From contig CM076001.1 of the NCBI GenBank assembly GCA_038087875.1, forward strand, positions 1,550,001-1,614,000: a stretch of 64,000 nt of DNA. Direction: 5' to 3'. Source of the DNA: Malacoraja senta. Taxonomy: Eukaryota. Position 1 is the first letter of the stretch, and every line of letters begins with the position of its first letter. The notes below the pieces were generated by a model. The model was not told the origin of the DNA. It saw only the letters and a program-made list of their open reading frames with translations, and searched no databases. Shown here in pieces: positions 24,945 to 36,957 of the stretch. The translations under genes and the position numbers were made by a program.

Positions 24945-26205
24945 AGAAGGGATGCTGAACGGGCTGAAGGTGCGTAAGCCACCTGGACCTGATGGACTGC
25001 ACCCGGGTGTTCTGAAAGGGGTGGCTTTTGAGATTTTGCAGGCATTCACATTGATATTTCAAGAATCACTGGAGACAGGAGATACGTAGTACTTAGAAGT
25101 TCACGATAAATAGGTCGAAGTCAGCATGGCTTTGTGAAGGGGAGGTCTTGCTTTAAAAAAATTCTGTGATCCTTTCAAGAGGTAAATACTCAAGGCAACG
25201 GTGGTCAGTAGATGTTGTTAACTCAGATTTCTGGAAATACTTTGATAATGGGCAACACGTGAGGAGACTAAGGACGATGAAACACCACGGTATCAAAGGG
25301 CAGATACTAACAAGCATAGATAGCAGGTTGGCTGGATGGCAGAAGACAAAGCGTGGCACTAAAGGGGGCTTTTTCTGGTTGGCTGCCAGTGACTAGTGGA
25401 GTTCCGCATGGGTCCGTTCTGGGAACGTCACTCATATTTTGCATATTAATGGTTTGCATGAGGGGATTGAAGGCTGTGTGGCCAAGTTCGCGAATGATAC
25501 GAATATAGGTGGGGGGTCAGGTGCTGTGGAGAGGGCGGGTACTCTTCAGAAGGACTTGGACAGGTTGGGTGAGTGGCAGAAAGATGGAAGATGGAATAAA
25601 GTGCAGCAAAGTGTGGAGTCTTGCATTTTGTTAGTAGGAATAAAGGCGTAGGATATGTTTTTTTAAACAGGTAGATAATCCAGAAATCGGAGACGAAAAT
25701 GGACTTGGGAGTGCTAATGCAGGATTCCCAAAAAGTTAATCCGCAAGTCGAATCGTTACTAAAGAAAGCAAATTCAATGCCTGCATCTATTTCAAGAGGG
25801 TTTGTATCCAAACCAGGCTTGTAATGCTGAGTCTCTATAAGGCGCCGAGAAGGCCGCATTTGGAATATTGTGAGCAATTGTGGCTATAATATCTGAGGAT
25901 GGATGTGCTGGGTCTGGAGAGGGTCCAAAGGAAGTTTACCAGAATGATCACAATAAATAGTAGGTTAACCTACGAGGAGCGTTTGTCGGCACTGGGCCTG
26001 TGCTCACCGGAGTTTAGAACAATGAGGGGGGGGGACCTAATTGAAACATACAGAATAGTGAAAGGCTTGGATAGGGTGGATGAGGATGAGGATGTTGCTA
26101 CGAGTGGGAAAGTCTCGGAATGTAAGTCATTGCCTCAGAGTTAAAGGACGTTCTTTTCGGACTGAGACGATGAGAAATGTCTTTAGTCAGAGGGTGGCGA
26201 ATAGT
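24945..26205 (+). mobile_element. Degenerate CR1-type LINE RT fragments
   Basis: KFANDTNIGG, LQKDLDRLGEW and ERVQRKFTRMI...LTYEERLSALGL remnants. Duplicate at ~53405-54660. Confidence 0.72.
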
Positions 26206-26389
26206 AACATAGAAATATAGAAACATACAAAATAGGTGCAGGAGGAGGCCATTCGCCCCTTCGAGCCAGGACCGCCATTCATTGTGATCATTGCTGATCG
26301 TCCCCAATCAATAACCCGTGCCTGCCTTCTCCCCATATCCCTTGATTCCACTAGCCCCTGGGAATGGGAATGATTTTCCTGCATCTAGC

Positions 26390-27360
26390 TTCTCCAGTCC
26401 TTTTATAATTTTATATGTTTCGATAAGACATCCCTTCATCCTTCTAAACTCCAGTCAATACAAGCCCGGTCTTTTCAATCTCTTCTCATATGACAGTCTC
26501 GCCATCCCAGGAATCAATCTCGGGAGCTACGCTGCACTGCCTCAATCACCAGGATGTCCTTCCTCAAATTAGGATACCAAAACTGTAGACAATACTTCAG
26601 ATGTGGTCTCACCAGAGCCCTATACAACTACAGAAGAACTTCTTCACTCCTATTCTGAAATCTTCTTGTTATGAAGGCCAACATTCCATCAGCTTTATTC
26701 ACTGCCTGCTGTACCTGCACGCCAACTTTCAGCGACTGGTGTACAAGGACACCCATGTCTCGCTGTACCGCCCACTTACCTAAGGTAGCCCCATTAAGAT
26801 AATAATCTGCCCCTTTCTTTTTGCCGCCAAAGTGGATAAGCTCACATTTATCTATATTGTACTGCATTCTGCCACGGATCTGCCCACTCACTCAACCTGT
26901 CCAGCTCACCCTGCAACCTCCTAACATCCTCTTCACAGTTCACACTGTCACCCAGATTTTGTCAACCGCAAACATGGGGTGTTGCTCCTATTTCCCTCTT
27001 CCAAATCATTAATATATATGGTAAACAGTTACGGCCCGAACACGGAGCATTTCGGCACTCCACTCGCCACTGGCTGCCATTCTGAAAAGGACCCGTTCAC
27101 TCCTACTCTTTGCTTCCAGACTGCCAACCAATTTTCTATCCATGTCAGCACCCCAACGCCAATACCATGTGCTCTAATTTTACTCACGTGCGGGACCTTA
27201 TCAAAGGCTTTCTGAAAGTCCAGATACACTACATCCACTGGCTCCCCTTCATCCATTTAACTTGTCACATCCTAAAATAATAGCCAAGCATGATTTCCCT
27301 TTCATAAATCCAAGATGACTTGGACTAATTAATGTACTGCTATCCAAATGCCCCATTATT
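26390..27360 (-). mobile_element. CR1-type LINE RT fragment
   Basis: VDVVYLDFQKAFDKVPH...WIENWL..QRVGVNGSFSEWQPV.SGVP; QYNIDKCELIHFG. Duplicate at ~54760-55995. Confidence 0.78.
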
Positions 27361-27364
27361 AACT

Positions 27365-28590
27365 TTTTAATCCGCTTCACCACCAACTTCCATCCGGCAC
27401 TCAAATACACCTGGACCATTTCCGACACTTCCCTACCATTCCTTGACCTCACTATCTCCATCGCATGTGATAGACTCCTTACCGACATCCACTACAAACC
27501 TACCGACTCCCATGACTATCTGGACTACACTTCTTCCCACCCTGCTTCCTGTAAGGACTCCATCCCCCACTCCCAATTCCTCCGTCTGCGCCGCATCTGC
27601 ACCCAGGATGAGGTGTTCCACACCAGGGCATCTGAAATGTCCTCATTCTTCAGGGAACGGGGGTTCCCCTCCTCCACCATAGATGAGGCTCGCACCAGGG
27701 TCTCTGTCATACCCCGCAACACTGCTCTCTCCCCATCCCCCCACTCACAACAAAGGCAGAGTCCCCCTAGTCCTCACCTTTCACCCCACCAGCCGTCACA
27801 TAGAACAAGTGATCCTCCGTCAGTTTCGCCACCTCCAACGTGACCCCACCACTCGCCACATCTTCCCATCTCCCCCCATGTCTGCCTTCCGCAAAGACCG
27901 CTCCCTCCGTAACTCCCTTGTCAATTCTTCCCTTCCCTCCCATACCACCCCCTCCCCTGGTACTTTCCCTTGCAACCGCAAGAGATGCAACACTTGTCCC
28001 TTCACCCCCCCCCCCTCTACTCCATTCAAGGACGCAAGCAGTCGTTCCAGGTGCGCCAGAGGTTCACCTGCATCTCCTCCAACCTCATCTATTGCATCCG
28101 CTGCTCTAGATGCCAGCTGATCTACATCGGTGAGACCAAGCGGAGGCTTGGCGATCGTTTCGCCGAACACCTCCGGTCGGTCCGCAATAACCAACCTGAC
28201 CTCCCGGTGGCTCTGCACTTCAACTCCCCCTCCCATTCCGTATCTGACCTCTCTGTCCTGGGTCTCCTCCATGGCCACAGCGAGCAACACCGTAAATTGG
28301 AGGAAATGCACCTCATATTCCGCTTGGGCAGTCTACATCCTGGGGGCTTGAACATTGAATTCAACCAATTCTGCTAGCCCTTGCTGTCCCGTCCCCTTCA
28401 TCAGCCATCTGGTTGTCTCCTCCCCTCCTCCAGCCCTCGGGCTCCTCCTCCGCCTTTTTCCTTTTTTCCTTTCTTCTCCCCACCCCCTATCAGTCTGAAG
28501 AAGGGTTTCGGCCCGAAACGTTACCTATTTCCTTCGCTCCATAGATGCTGCTGCACCCGCTGAGTTTCTCCAGCATTTTTGTGTACCATT
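27365..28590 (+). mobile_element. 5'-truncated Penelope-like element (RT thumb + GIY-YIG endonuclease + 3' repeat), frameshifted
   Basis: YKPTDSHDYLDYTSSHP; CNRKRCNTC; FTCISSNLIYCIRCSRCQLIYIGETKRRLGDRFAEH...VALHFN. Followed by ctgaagaagggtttcggcccgaaacg. Confidence 0.88.
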
Positions 28591-29350
28591 AACTTTTTAA
28601 TACTTGACTGCTGCATCTTTCCCACCACCGAAGTCAGGCTAACTGGTCTCTAATTCCCCGGTTTTTTCTCTCGCTCCGTTCTTGAAAAGTGGGATAACAT
28701 TAGCTCTACTCCAATCCACAGGAACTGATCCTCGATCTATTCAACATTGGAAAATGATCACCAAGCGTCCACTATTTCTAGAGCCACCTCCCTGAGGACC
28801 TTGGGATGATCATCCTTTAGTCCCATTAGCCTACCCAATACTATTTCTCGCCTAATGAACATTTCTTTCAGTACCTCTACCCCCTTCGATCCTCAGCCCT
28901 CCAGTACATCTGGGAGGTTGTTTGTGTCTTCCTTAGTTAAGACAGATCCGAAGTACCTGTTGAACTCTTCTTCCATTTCCTTGTTACCCATAATAATTTT
29001 ACCCGTGTCTGCCTTCAAGGGACCCACATTTGAATTTCCTACTCTTTTTCCCTTAACATATCTAAATAAGCTTTTACTGTCCTTCCTTCTATTCCTGTCC
29101 AGCTTCCCGTATTGCCCGTTTTGTTTCCTTCTGTTGTCCTATGAACGTTTCCCAATCCTCTGGCTTCCGGCTACTCTTTGCTGTGTTATACATCTTTTCT
29201 TTTAGTTTTATTCTATCACTAACTTCTCTTGTCAGTCACAGTTGCCTCCTACTCCCCTTAGAATCTTTCTTCCTTTTTGGAATGAATTGATCCTGCGTCT
29301 TCCGGCCATTCCAGTTCCACCGTCATTCCTGCTGGGACCGCTTTATAGTT
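28590..29350 (-). mobile_element. CR1-type LINE ORF2 fragment (endonuclease-RT linker)
   Basis: The duplicate at 57220-57960 reads RKPEDWETFIGQQKETKRAIRAEKMKYEG...NKEMEEEFNRYFGSVLTKED. Confidence 0.7.
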
Positions 29351-30435
29351 TGCCTTGGCCAGCTCAATAGACAATAGACTATATTGGAAGAAATAGCAGA
29401 CAATATTGGTATTGGGGTTAGCGTGTTGACATGGATAGAAAATTGGTTGGCAGTCAGGAAGCAAAGAGTAGGAGTGAAGGGGTCCTTTTCAGAATAGCTC
29501 CTCTCTCATGTTCCTCTTTCATGCCTTCATAGTCCCCTTTGTTCAACTGAAGCCGTCATAATCCTCTATGTTCAATCTGTGGAATACTTTGCCACAAAGG
29601 CTGTGGGGGCTAATTCAGTGGATATTTTTCACGTAGAGATAGATAGATTATTGATTAGTACAGGCGTCAGTCGTTATGGGCAGAAAGCAGGAGAATGGGG
29701 TAGGAGGGGGGATAGATAATTCATGATTGAATGGCGGATGAGACTTAATGGGCAGAATGGCCTCATTTTACTCCGAACCCTTGTGACCTTATGACCCCCC
29801 GTGTCCGTATCAATCATTCCAACTTCTGCCTGCTAACCCTGGGACGGAGCAGACGAACCACGCTGCCACAATAATTAATTTACATGTTCGTGTTTTATTA
29901 ATCCTTGATAAACTCTACTGTTCTTCTCGCTTTTATTGCTCTTTCGCCCCATTAGCCACTTTTCTGAGAAAACTGCCGCTAGGTGCCCAGTGGATATGCT
30001 CAGGTGCCGATACTGCTTTACACTCAGGCTCTGCTGTCGCCGTCTGGAAACTCAAGTTGCACAGGTACAAGCCAGAAATGACAGCTTTCCTTGTCCCGTC
30101 ATCGGATGTAAGGTTCAAGGAAATAAACCGCTGCTCAGAACATTCGTGAGCAACTTCACTGCGCGTGCGTTAGTTTGGATTTTTTTAAATTCATGCTTCA
30201 CTGCCTGTTGTTGGAAATGTGTGGAGCGGTCGCCCACGTGATTGTGATTTCTGAATATTACATTGAAAAACAGTACCTGTTTGTTCCAAACTCTGTAAGT
30301 AATGTCCGCAGGGATATTATCTAATTGCATATTTTCTCCGTTATTTACTTTATAAATGTGCCAGAGATTGGTTTGTTTCGCTGTCAATCGCTGAGTGGCA
30401 GCACCAGGAGTGATCGCCTGGACCGTCGAATTAAA

Positions 30436-32753
30436 ATGTATTATAGTCTGATCCTGTATATAGAATCTGTATATTACCCGATTCTTGCAGCAATCGGTAT
30501 ACCCGGTAGGTAATTGTCGGCACATCACATTGAACTAACAAAGACTGTTTGAAAAGTGCAGAGGAATAATGATTAAGAGAACATACGGAATAATCCGGCA
30601 GGGTTGAGGGCTGCACGAAGGCGCAGCGGCAGATGGTGCAAGGCTCGCTCCCCACTACGGTTGCTTGTCTTTCCAGAATTTGTACGTTCGCCTCGTGACC
30701 AGCGTCGGTTTCCTCTAACTCTCCAAGACAGACAGGTTTGAAGGGTAATTGATTTGGTATATATTTGGTTTAAGTCTCTAGTTTGTGTCGAACATTGTTA
30801 GTGTGCGGGGATCGCTGGTCGGCGCGGACTCGATGGACCGGAGAACACGCTTCGAGGCTGTACATCTAAACAAAACTCATATTAGCCAATGTACATCTTA
30901 GGAGAGAGGAAACGCGTTGGCTTCTTTGGTCGCTCATAGATTCTGGTACAAGCTTAGCCTCCACGGACTTTGGCTACAACCGATGCCCCGCACCTGCATT
31001 GTTGGTAGGGCAAGCCACACGTCGTCGTCGCTGTGTGTGAGACTACCTGTTCCGCAGTGCGTAGTGCACCCGATAGAAAGAAAAAAACATCCCGTCCAGT
31101 AATTCGGCACAGCATTTTCTGTAAAGCTCTTAACATTTCACAGGGATAATTTCGTAGGGACAGATTTCAAGATCGTATGAACAACTTACTCAACAAAAAA
31201 CGTCAGTGTGAACAACCAGACATGTCCCCCCTCGGTTGGGAGGCAATTTTAAGATAGATTTTTTGAAGTACAGATAACAGAGACTGTCGCTGCAGCGATC
31301 ATGCCGGGATAACAAAGTACTGGGTAACTCAGCGGGTCTTGTAGCATCTCTGGAAGACAGACGTAGTCGACGTATCGGGTCGGGATCCTTGCTCCGATCG
31401 GAGAATGAAGAAAGGGCCCCAGATGAAACGTCGCCTATCCATGTCATCCAGAGATGCTACTTGAGCCACTGAGATACTTCAGCAGTTGTTCTTGTCAGGT
31501 ATAGCATGGAGGCCCGCCCGCTATATCAGCAGAAAATACTGCTCGTTACATTGTTACTTTTGTTTGTCGCTGGAGGATGTATGTAATTATAATTGCAGTG
31601 CTTCACGGAATCCCATTCCTTGACATCATGTTCTCAAATGTAGGCAAAAATGCTGGCGAAACTCAGCGGGTGAGGCAGCATCTAATGGAGCGAAGGAAAT
31701 AGGGAAAGTTTCGGGTCGAAATCCTTCTTCAAGCGAAGGAAATAGGCAACATTTCGTCCCCAATATGCGCACGTTTAAATTACCCTCACCCACCAACCGA
31801 TAACCCCCACACAATTAACCAGTTTATGTTTTCATTCCTTCCCAGTGAATCTGGTGGCGATTGTGATCTTGTCCCGTGGCAAGTGCGGCCTCTCCAAGTG
31901 CATCACTCGTTACATGGTAGCCATGGCGACTGCGGACCTCTCTGTGCTTCTCATTGACGTGATATTTCATCGGATTGCTGATATATATTTATGGCCTGGT
32001 TCCTTGCCGTACACTCCTGTGTGCAAAATAATACTGTTCCTGGCACCCGTGGCGGTGGATTGTTCTGTATGGTTCACAGTCGCTTTCACATTTGATCGCT
32101 TTGTTGCGATTTCTACTCAGAATATGAAAGCCAAGTATTGCACCGAGAGAACCGCGTCGATTGTTATCCTGACAGTGACCCCACTCATCTGCCTTCAGAA
32201 CCTACCTTTGCCCTTCGCATACGTTCCTTATTTCCCAATTGAACGGAATCTGGGCTGCGTCAAAGACGTCTATTTTTATATGCGTCGCGAATGGATGGTG
32301 TTCTCTTGGACCGAACAGCTGTTCACCCCGACGATTCCATTCTGCCTGATTTTGTTGCTGAACGCGCTCACCATCAGGCGCATTTTCGTGGCCAGTCGGG
32401 TCCGCAGGTACCTCCGAGACCGCAGCGGTGGGGAGAAAAAGAAAGACCAGGAGATGGTGAACCGCAGACGGTCGGTCGTTTTACTTCTGGCAATCTCGAG
32501 CTGCTTCATCCTGCTCTGGGCGACAAGTGTCGCACATTTTATTGCGGTTCGAAGTTTGCATTTGGTTAAACGCAGGTCCTGGACAAACCCTATGGTAGGA
32601 TTGGAAAAGGTTGGATTCCTGCTTCAGCTGCTGAGCTCCTGCACCAACACGGCCATTTACACCGTGACACAGAGCAAGTTCAGAGAGGAGTTGCTCCGTG
32701 TGCTAACATATCCATTCCGTTGCACTGGAAAGATGTTTAAATCGGTAAAGTGA
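30436..32753 (+). CDS. Two-exon class A orphan GPCR, GPR139/GPR142-like chondrichthyan family (exons 30436-30505, 31846-32753; ~325 aa), intact
   Basis: Exon 1 MYYSLILYIESVYYPILAAIGIP + G|GTAGGT. Acceptor ttcccag|TG gives V-NLVAIVILSRGKCGLSKCITRYMVAMATADL. Contains FTFDRFVAI (TM3) and SSCTNTAIY (TM7) and seven hydrophobic segments. A TATAAA lies at 30351-30356. Confidence 0.9.
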
Positions 32754-34215
32754 TAGTTAAAATAATATCACAACAACGCGTGCGTGGCTTTGTGATAGAA
32801 TTTATGTGAAAATACAACCATTAAATTTGTTGATATTTTACCCCCAGCTCCATTGTAAATTCATGGGCTCAATTGACTCCGGCCTGATCTACGCATTCCC
32901 AGGTGATCAGTTGAATCTATCAACTGTTTTATCACGAATATGTTTTCATAGCGCCGGAACATATTATGTTCGAAACGAGTGTGGAAAGACGAGTTGTCAG
33001 TTAAATGCGTGCAAGTTGTATTTTTTATTCCCTTTCACCATTGGAAAAACGTCTGATTGTTCATTATCGGGGCCTTTAATTTAAAGAGAATCTGCCGTTT
33101 TTGCAGCGGATGACCTGGATTGTGTGAAGTTCCAAACAGGCAGCGTGTTGTAAATACCTTCTAAGTGCGGAAAGTGTCTATCGAAAGTAAAGGTACAGAT
33201 GAGGTATGCCGGAAAGCAAACAAGTCAAATGTAACAACTCAATTTTCGCCTTGGGTAACACGATCCCCCGCCTGCAAACATTTAAACTCCATTTCTCATT
33301 CCTATATAAACCTTTCTGCACTGTTCCTCATCAACGGTTAGAATGAGGCCACACACAAAATGGAGGAACAGCACCTTATATTTCGCTTGTGCATCTTACA
33401 ATCCGGCGGTATGAACTTTGAATGTTCTAATTCCAAATAATCCCCGGAGTCTCTCAATTTCTCTCCCTCTCTCCCCGAACCTAGCCATCATACTAGTTGT
33501 ACTGCTCGCATGTTTATATTCGTTCGGCATCACCTCTCCCCCAGCCAACAATGGGCGATTATGGCCTCCATTCTTCCTTGGCCACCTGTATTGTTCTGGC
33601 CTTTACTGACATCCAGTGCCCTCCGCTGTATGTTCAGGCGGAGGAAGTGGCCCCGACCAGAAACATAATTTATCCCTTTTATCGAGAGATGCTACCTTAC
33701 CCGCCGAATCACTCCATCCGTGTGCGTCATTCTTCGCCATAAATCGGCATCTACAATTTCTTTCTACGCCACCCCTTCTGGCTGCTCCTTCCATAAACCC
33801 AATGGAATGTTTCGGCATTTGGTTGCAACGGACATCCAGTTAATGATTAGGGAATTATAAACGGGAACGAAAACCAAGTTGGCAAAATAATTTGTACCTA
33901 AAATTCCCGAGGTAATTTAAAAACTGCACAGGTTCCAATTGATTAAGAAAGAACTGCTGGAAAAATCGACTGTGGCAAAAATGCTGGAGAAACTCAGCTG
34001 GTGAGGCAGCATCTGTGGAGCGAAGGAACAGGTGACGTTTCGGGTCAAGACCCATTTTGCACTGATGTGGGGTTGGGGTGGGGTGGGTGGTGGGGGGGGC
34101 GGAAACCCGAAAGGTCACCTGTTTCTTCGCTGAATTAATGCTGCCTCGCCCGCTGAGTTTCTCCAGCATTTTTTTTATCTATCTTCGATTTTTCCAGCAT
34201 CTGCCCGTTTCCGCG

Positions 34216-34311
34216 CTAAACTAAACTTAACTAAACTAAACTAAACTAAACTAAACTAAACTAAACTAAACTGAACTGAACTAAATTAAACTAAACTAAA
34301 CTAAACTAAAC
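34216..34311 (+). repeat. (CTAAA)n microsatellite / SINE tail
   Basis: Visible pentamer array. Duplicate at ~62868-62954. Confidence 0.9.
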
Positions 34312-36109
34312 AAAAGTAAACTTGGTGGTGAGCCCGTTGGTTGGCCATCGTACATTGTTCCTCGTTGATGAATGGTAGATGAATGGTAGAACATCAGCTG
34401 TGGATGTCTCGCCAACAGTCTGTTGGGACTTTAATATCGCGGACCTGCCATCCGTTTGTCGGGGATCCAATTTCCAACTTCAGGGCCTGTGGACTTTAAC
34501 ATCGTGTAGCCCGCGGTCTCTGGTAAGAAGAAGCCCGACTCGGGAGCTTCATGCCGCGGGGAGAGTTTTAACCGCTCCGACACGGGAGTATCGATCAGCA
34601 CGATGGGGGATTCGATCGTCGGCTGCGGGGGCTTTGTTCGCCCCGACCTGCGAATGGTTTGACTGCCCCGACCGTGGGAGAAGAAGAGGAAGCAGATTAA
34701 ACTTTACTGCCTTCCATCACAGTGATGAATATGAAATCAACTGTGGTGTATGTACATGTTAACTTTTATCTGGTTTTGTGCCTTGTGACTTTTCACTTAG
34801 TATGGCTGTATGGTAACTCAAATTTCACTGTACCCTAACTGGTACATGTGACAATAAACTGACCTTGAAACCTGGAAAACGTCAATATCATGTGAATGTG
34901 GGGAGAATAAATTTGGGTTATCAAAATATGCGAATTTGTTAGTCAGCGTGTGCGTGTGTGTGCGCGTGTCTGTGTGTGTGTAATTTAACTCCAACTTCAT
35001 CACCAAAATTGTTGCTGCTTTAATCCGGTGTAATTTGCGTTAATTTGCGATTGGCCTATAAAGCAATACAAGAAGGTGATCCGCATCCGCAATGCACTGA
35101 CAATTTCTATTGGAAAATTCGTGGGCCGAGACAGAGTCTCCTGTGAAACGTTTACACATATTTCACTATCTCCTGCATCGTGGGGACAGTTAAATCTCTT
35201 ACAATATCTGTTAAGGTGGTTTCTCAAATATATTAAGATACAAATTAACTAGCTGAATGAAGGACCAGATGACATAGATTTTAATTGAAGCGGAATGGAT
35301 TGAATAGGAACCTGAGGGGTAACTTTTTAACATAAAGGGTAGTGAGTGTATGGAACAAGCAGCCAGAAGAGGTAGCTGAGGCAGGGGCCACATCATCGTT
35401 TAACAAACAGTTTGACACGTAGATGGATAGGACTAGATTGGAGGGACATGGGTCAATCGCGAGCAGGTGGTAGTAGTGTTGCTGGGACATATTGGTCGAT
35501 GTGGGCAAGATGAGCCGAAGGGCTTGTTTCCACGCTGTATCAATATGACCGAATGACTATGCCCCTCAATGCTCTGTGGAATTCTCAGCCTCACAAGCCA
35601 GTGGATTTAATTTCACATGCTATTTTCAATAGAAAGATAGATATAGCACAGACAATACAATACAATACACGGTGAAAACATTAACGACGCAGTGGTGCTA
35701 GTTCCCGACGGGCACGGTGAAGGATGCACCACACATCTCTGTCCTCCATGCAACTGGCAAGCTCCTCTGTTGTCTCTACACATGCGTCTTCCGTCAACGC
35801 CATCAGCATCGTCTTGATTGGCCGTCCCGGATTAGGGCTAACAGAATGAGGAGATATGGGGAAAAAGCAGGAACGGGTACTGATTTTGTTTGATCAGCCG
35901 AATGCCCTACTCCTACACCAATTTTCTAAGTTTCTATGTCTATGTTTCTGTTAGGGTTGTGGGGACAATGCGTATGCTCACGGTCTGCATCGGTGTCTAA
36001 TGCGCAAATGTATTCGAAGGTCAATGTGTCCCTGCGGTGTGACAGCACCCTGCGCCTCCCCATGTTCTTTCCGTTGTTACGGCGGCATCTGCCGTTCACT
36101 TGTATTTAG

Positions 36110-36957
36110 AAACATAGAAACATGGAAACATAGAAAATAAGTGCAGGAGGTCTCAATTGGCCCTTCGAGCCAGCACCGCCATTCATTGTGATCATGGCTG
36201 ATCATCGACAATCAGAAACACGTGCCTGCCTTCTCCCCATATCCCCAGATTCCGCGAGCCCCCAGAGCTCTATCTAACTCTCTTTGAATTTCATCCAGAG
36301 AATTGGCCTCTATTGCCTTCTGTGGCAGGGAATTCCTTAGATTCACAACTCTCTTGGTGAAAACGTTTTTTTCTCATCCCAGTTTAAATGGCCTCCCTTT
36401 ATTCTTAGACTGTGGCCCCGTGATTCTGGACTCGCTCGGCATTGGGAACATTCTTCCTGCATCTAGCTTATCCACTCCTTTTATAATTGTACATGTTTCT
36501 ATAAAATCCCCCACTCATCCTAAATTCCTGTGATAACCTGCCCAGTATTCCCAACATTTCCTCATATGACACTCCCGCCATGCCGGGATTTAACCTCGGG
36601 AACCTACGCTGCACTGCTTCAATAGCAAGGATGTCCTTCCTCAAATTAGGAGACCAAAACTGCACACAGTGCTCCAGATGTGTTCTCACCAGGGCCCCGT
36701 ACAACTGCAAAAGGTCCTCTTTACTCCTGTGCGCAAATCCACTCGTTAAGAAGGCCAGCATACTACAATCGTTCTTCACTGCCAGCATGTTTACTTTCAG
36801 TGACTGGTGTACAAGGACACCCAGGTCTCGTTGCACTTCCCTTTTTCCTAATCTGACACCATTGAGATAATTACCTGCCTCCTTGTTCTTGCCGCCAAAG
36901 TGGATTATCTCACATTTATCTACATTCTACTGCATCTCCCATGCATCTGCCCACTCA
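36110..36957 (-). mobile_element. CR1-type LINE 3' fragment
   Basis: QRDLGVLVHQSLKV...[30 protein letters not shown]. Confidence 0.78.

Noticed and set aside
30115-30528. 137-aa minus-strand ORF and similar ORFs at 9263-9712 and 48685-49134
   Set aside because: No recognisable domain. They overlap the GPCR promoter/exon 1 antisense or composite repeats, and recur only because of segmental duplication.
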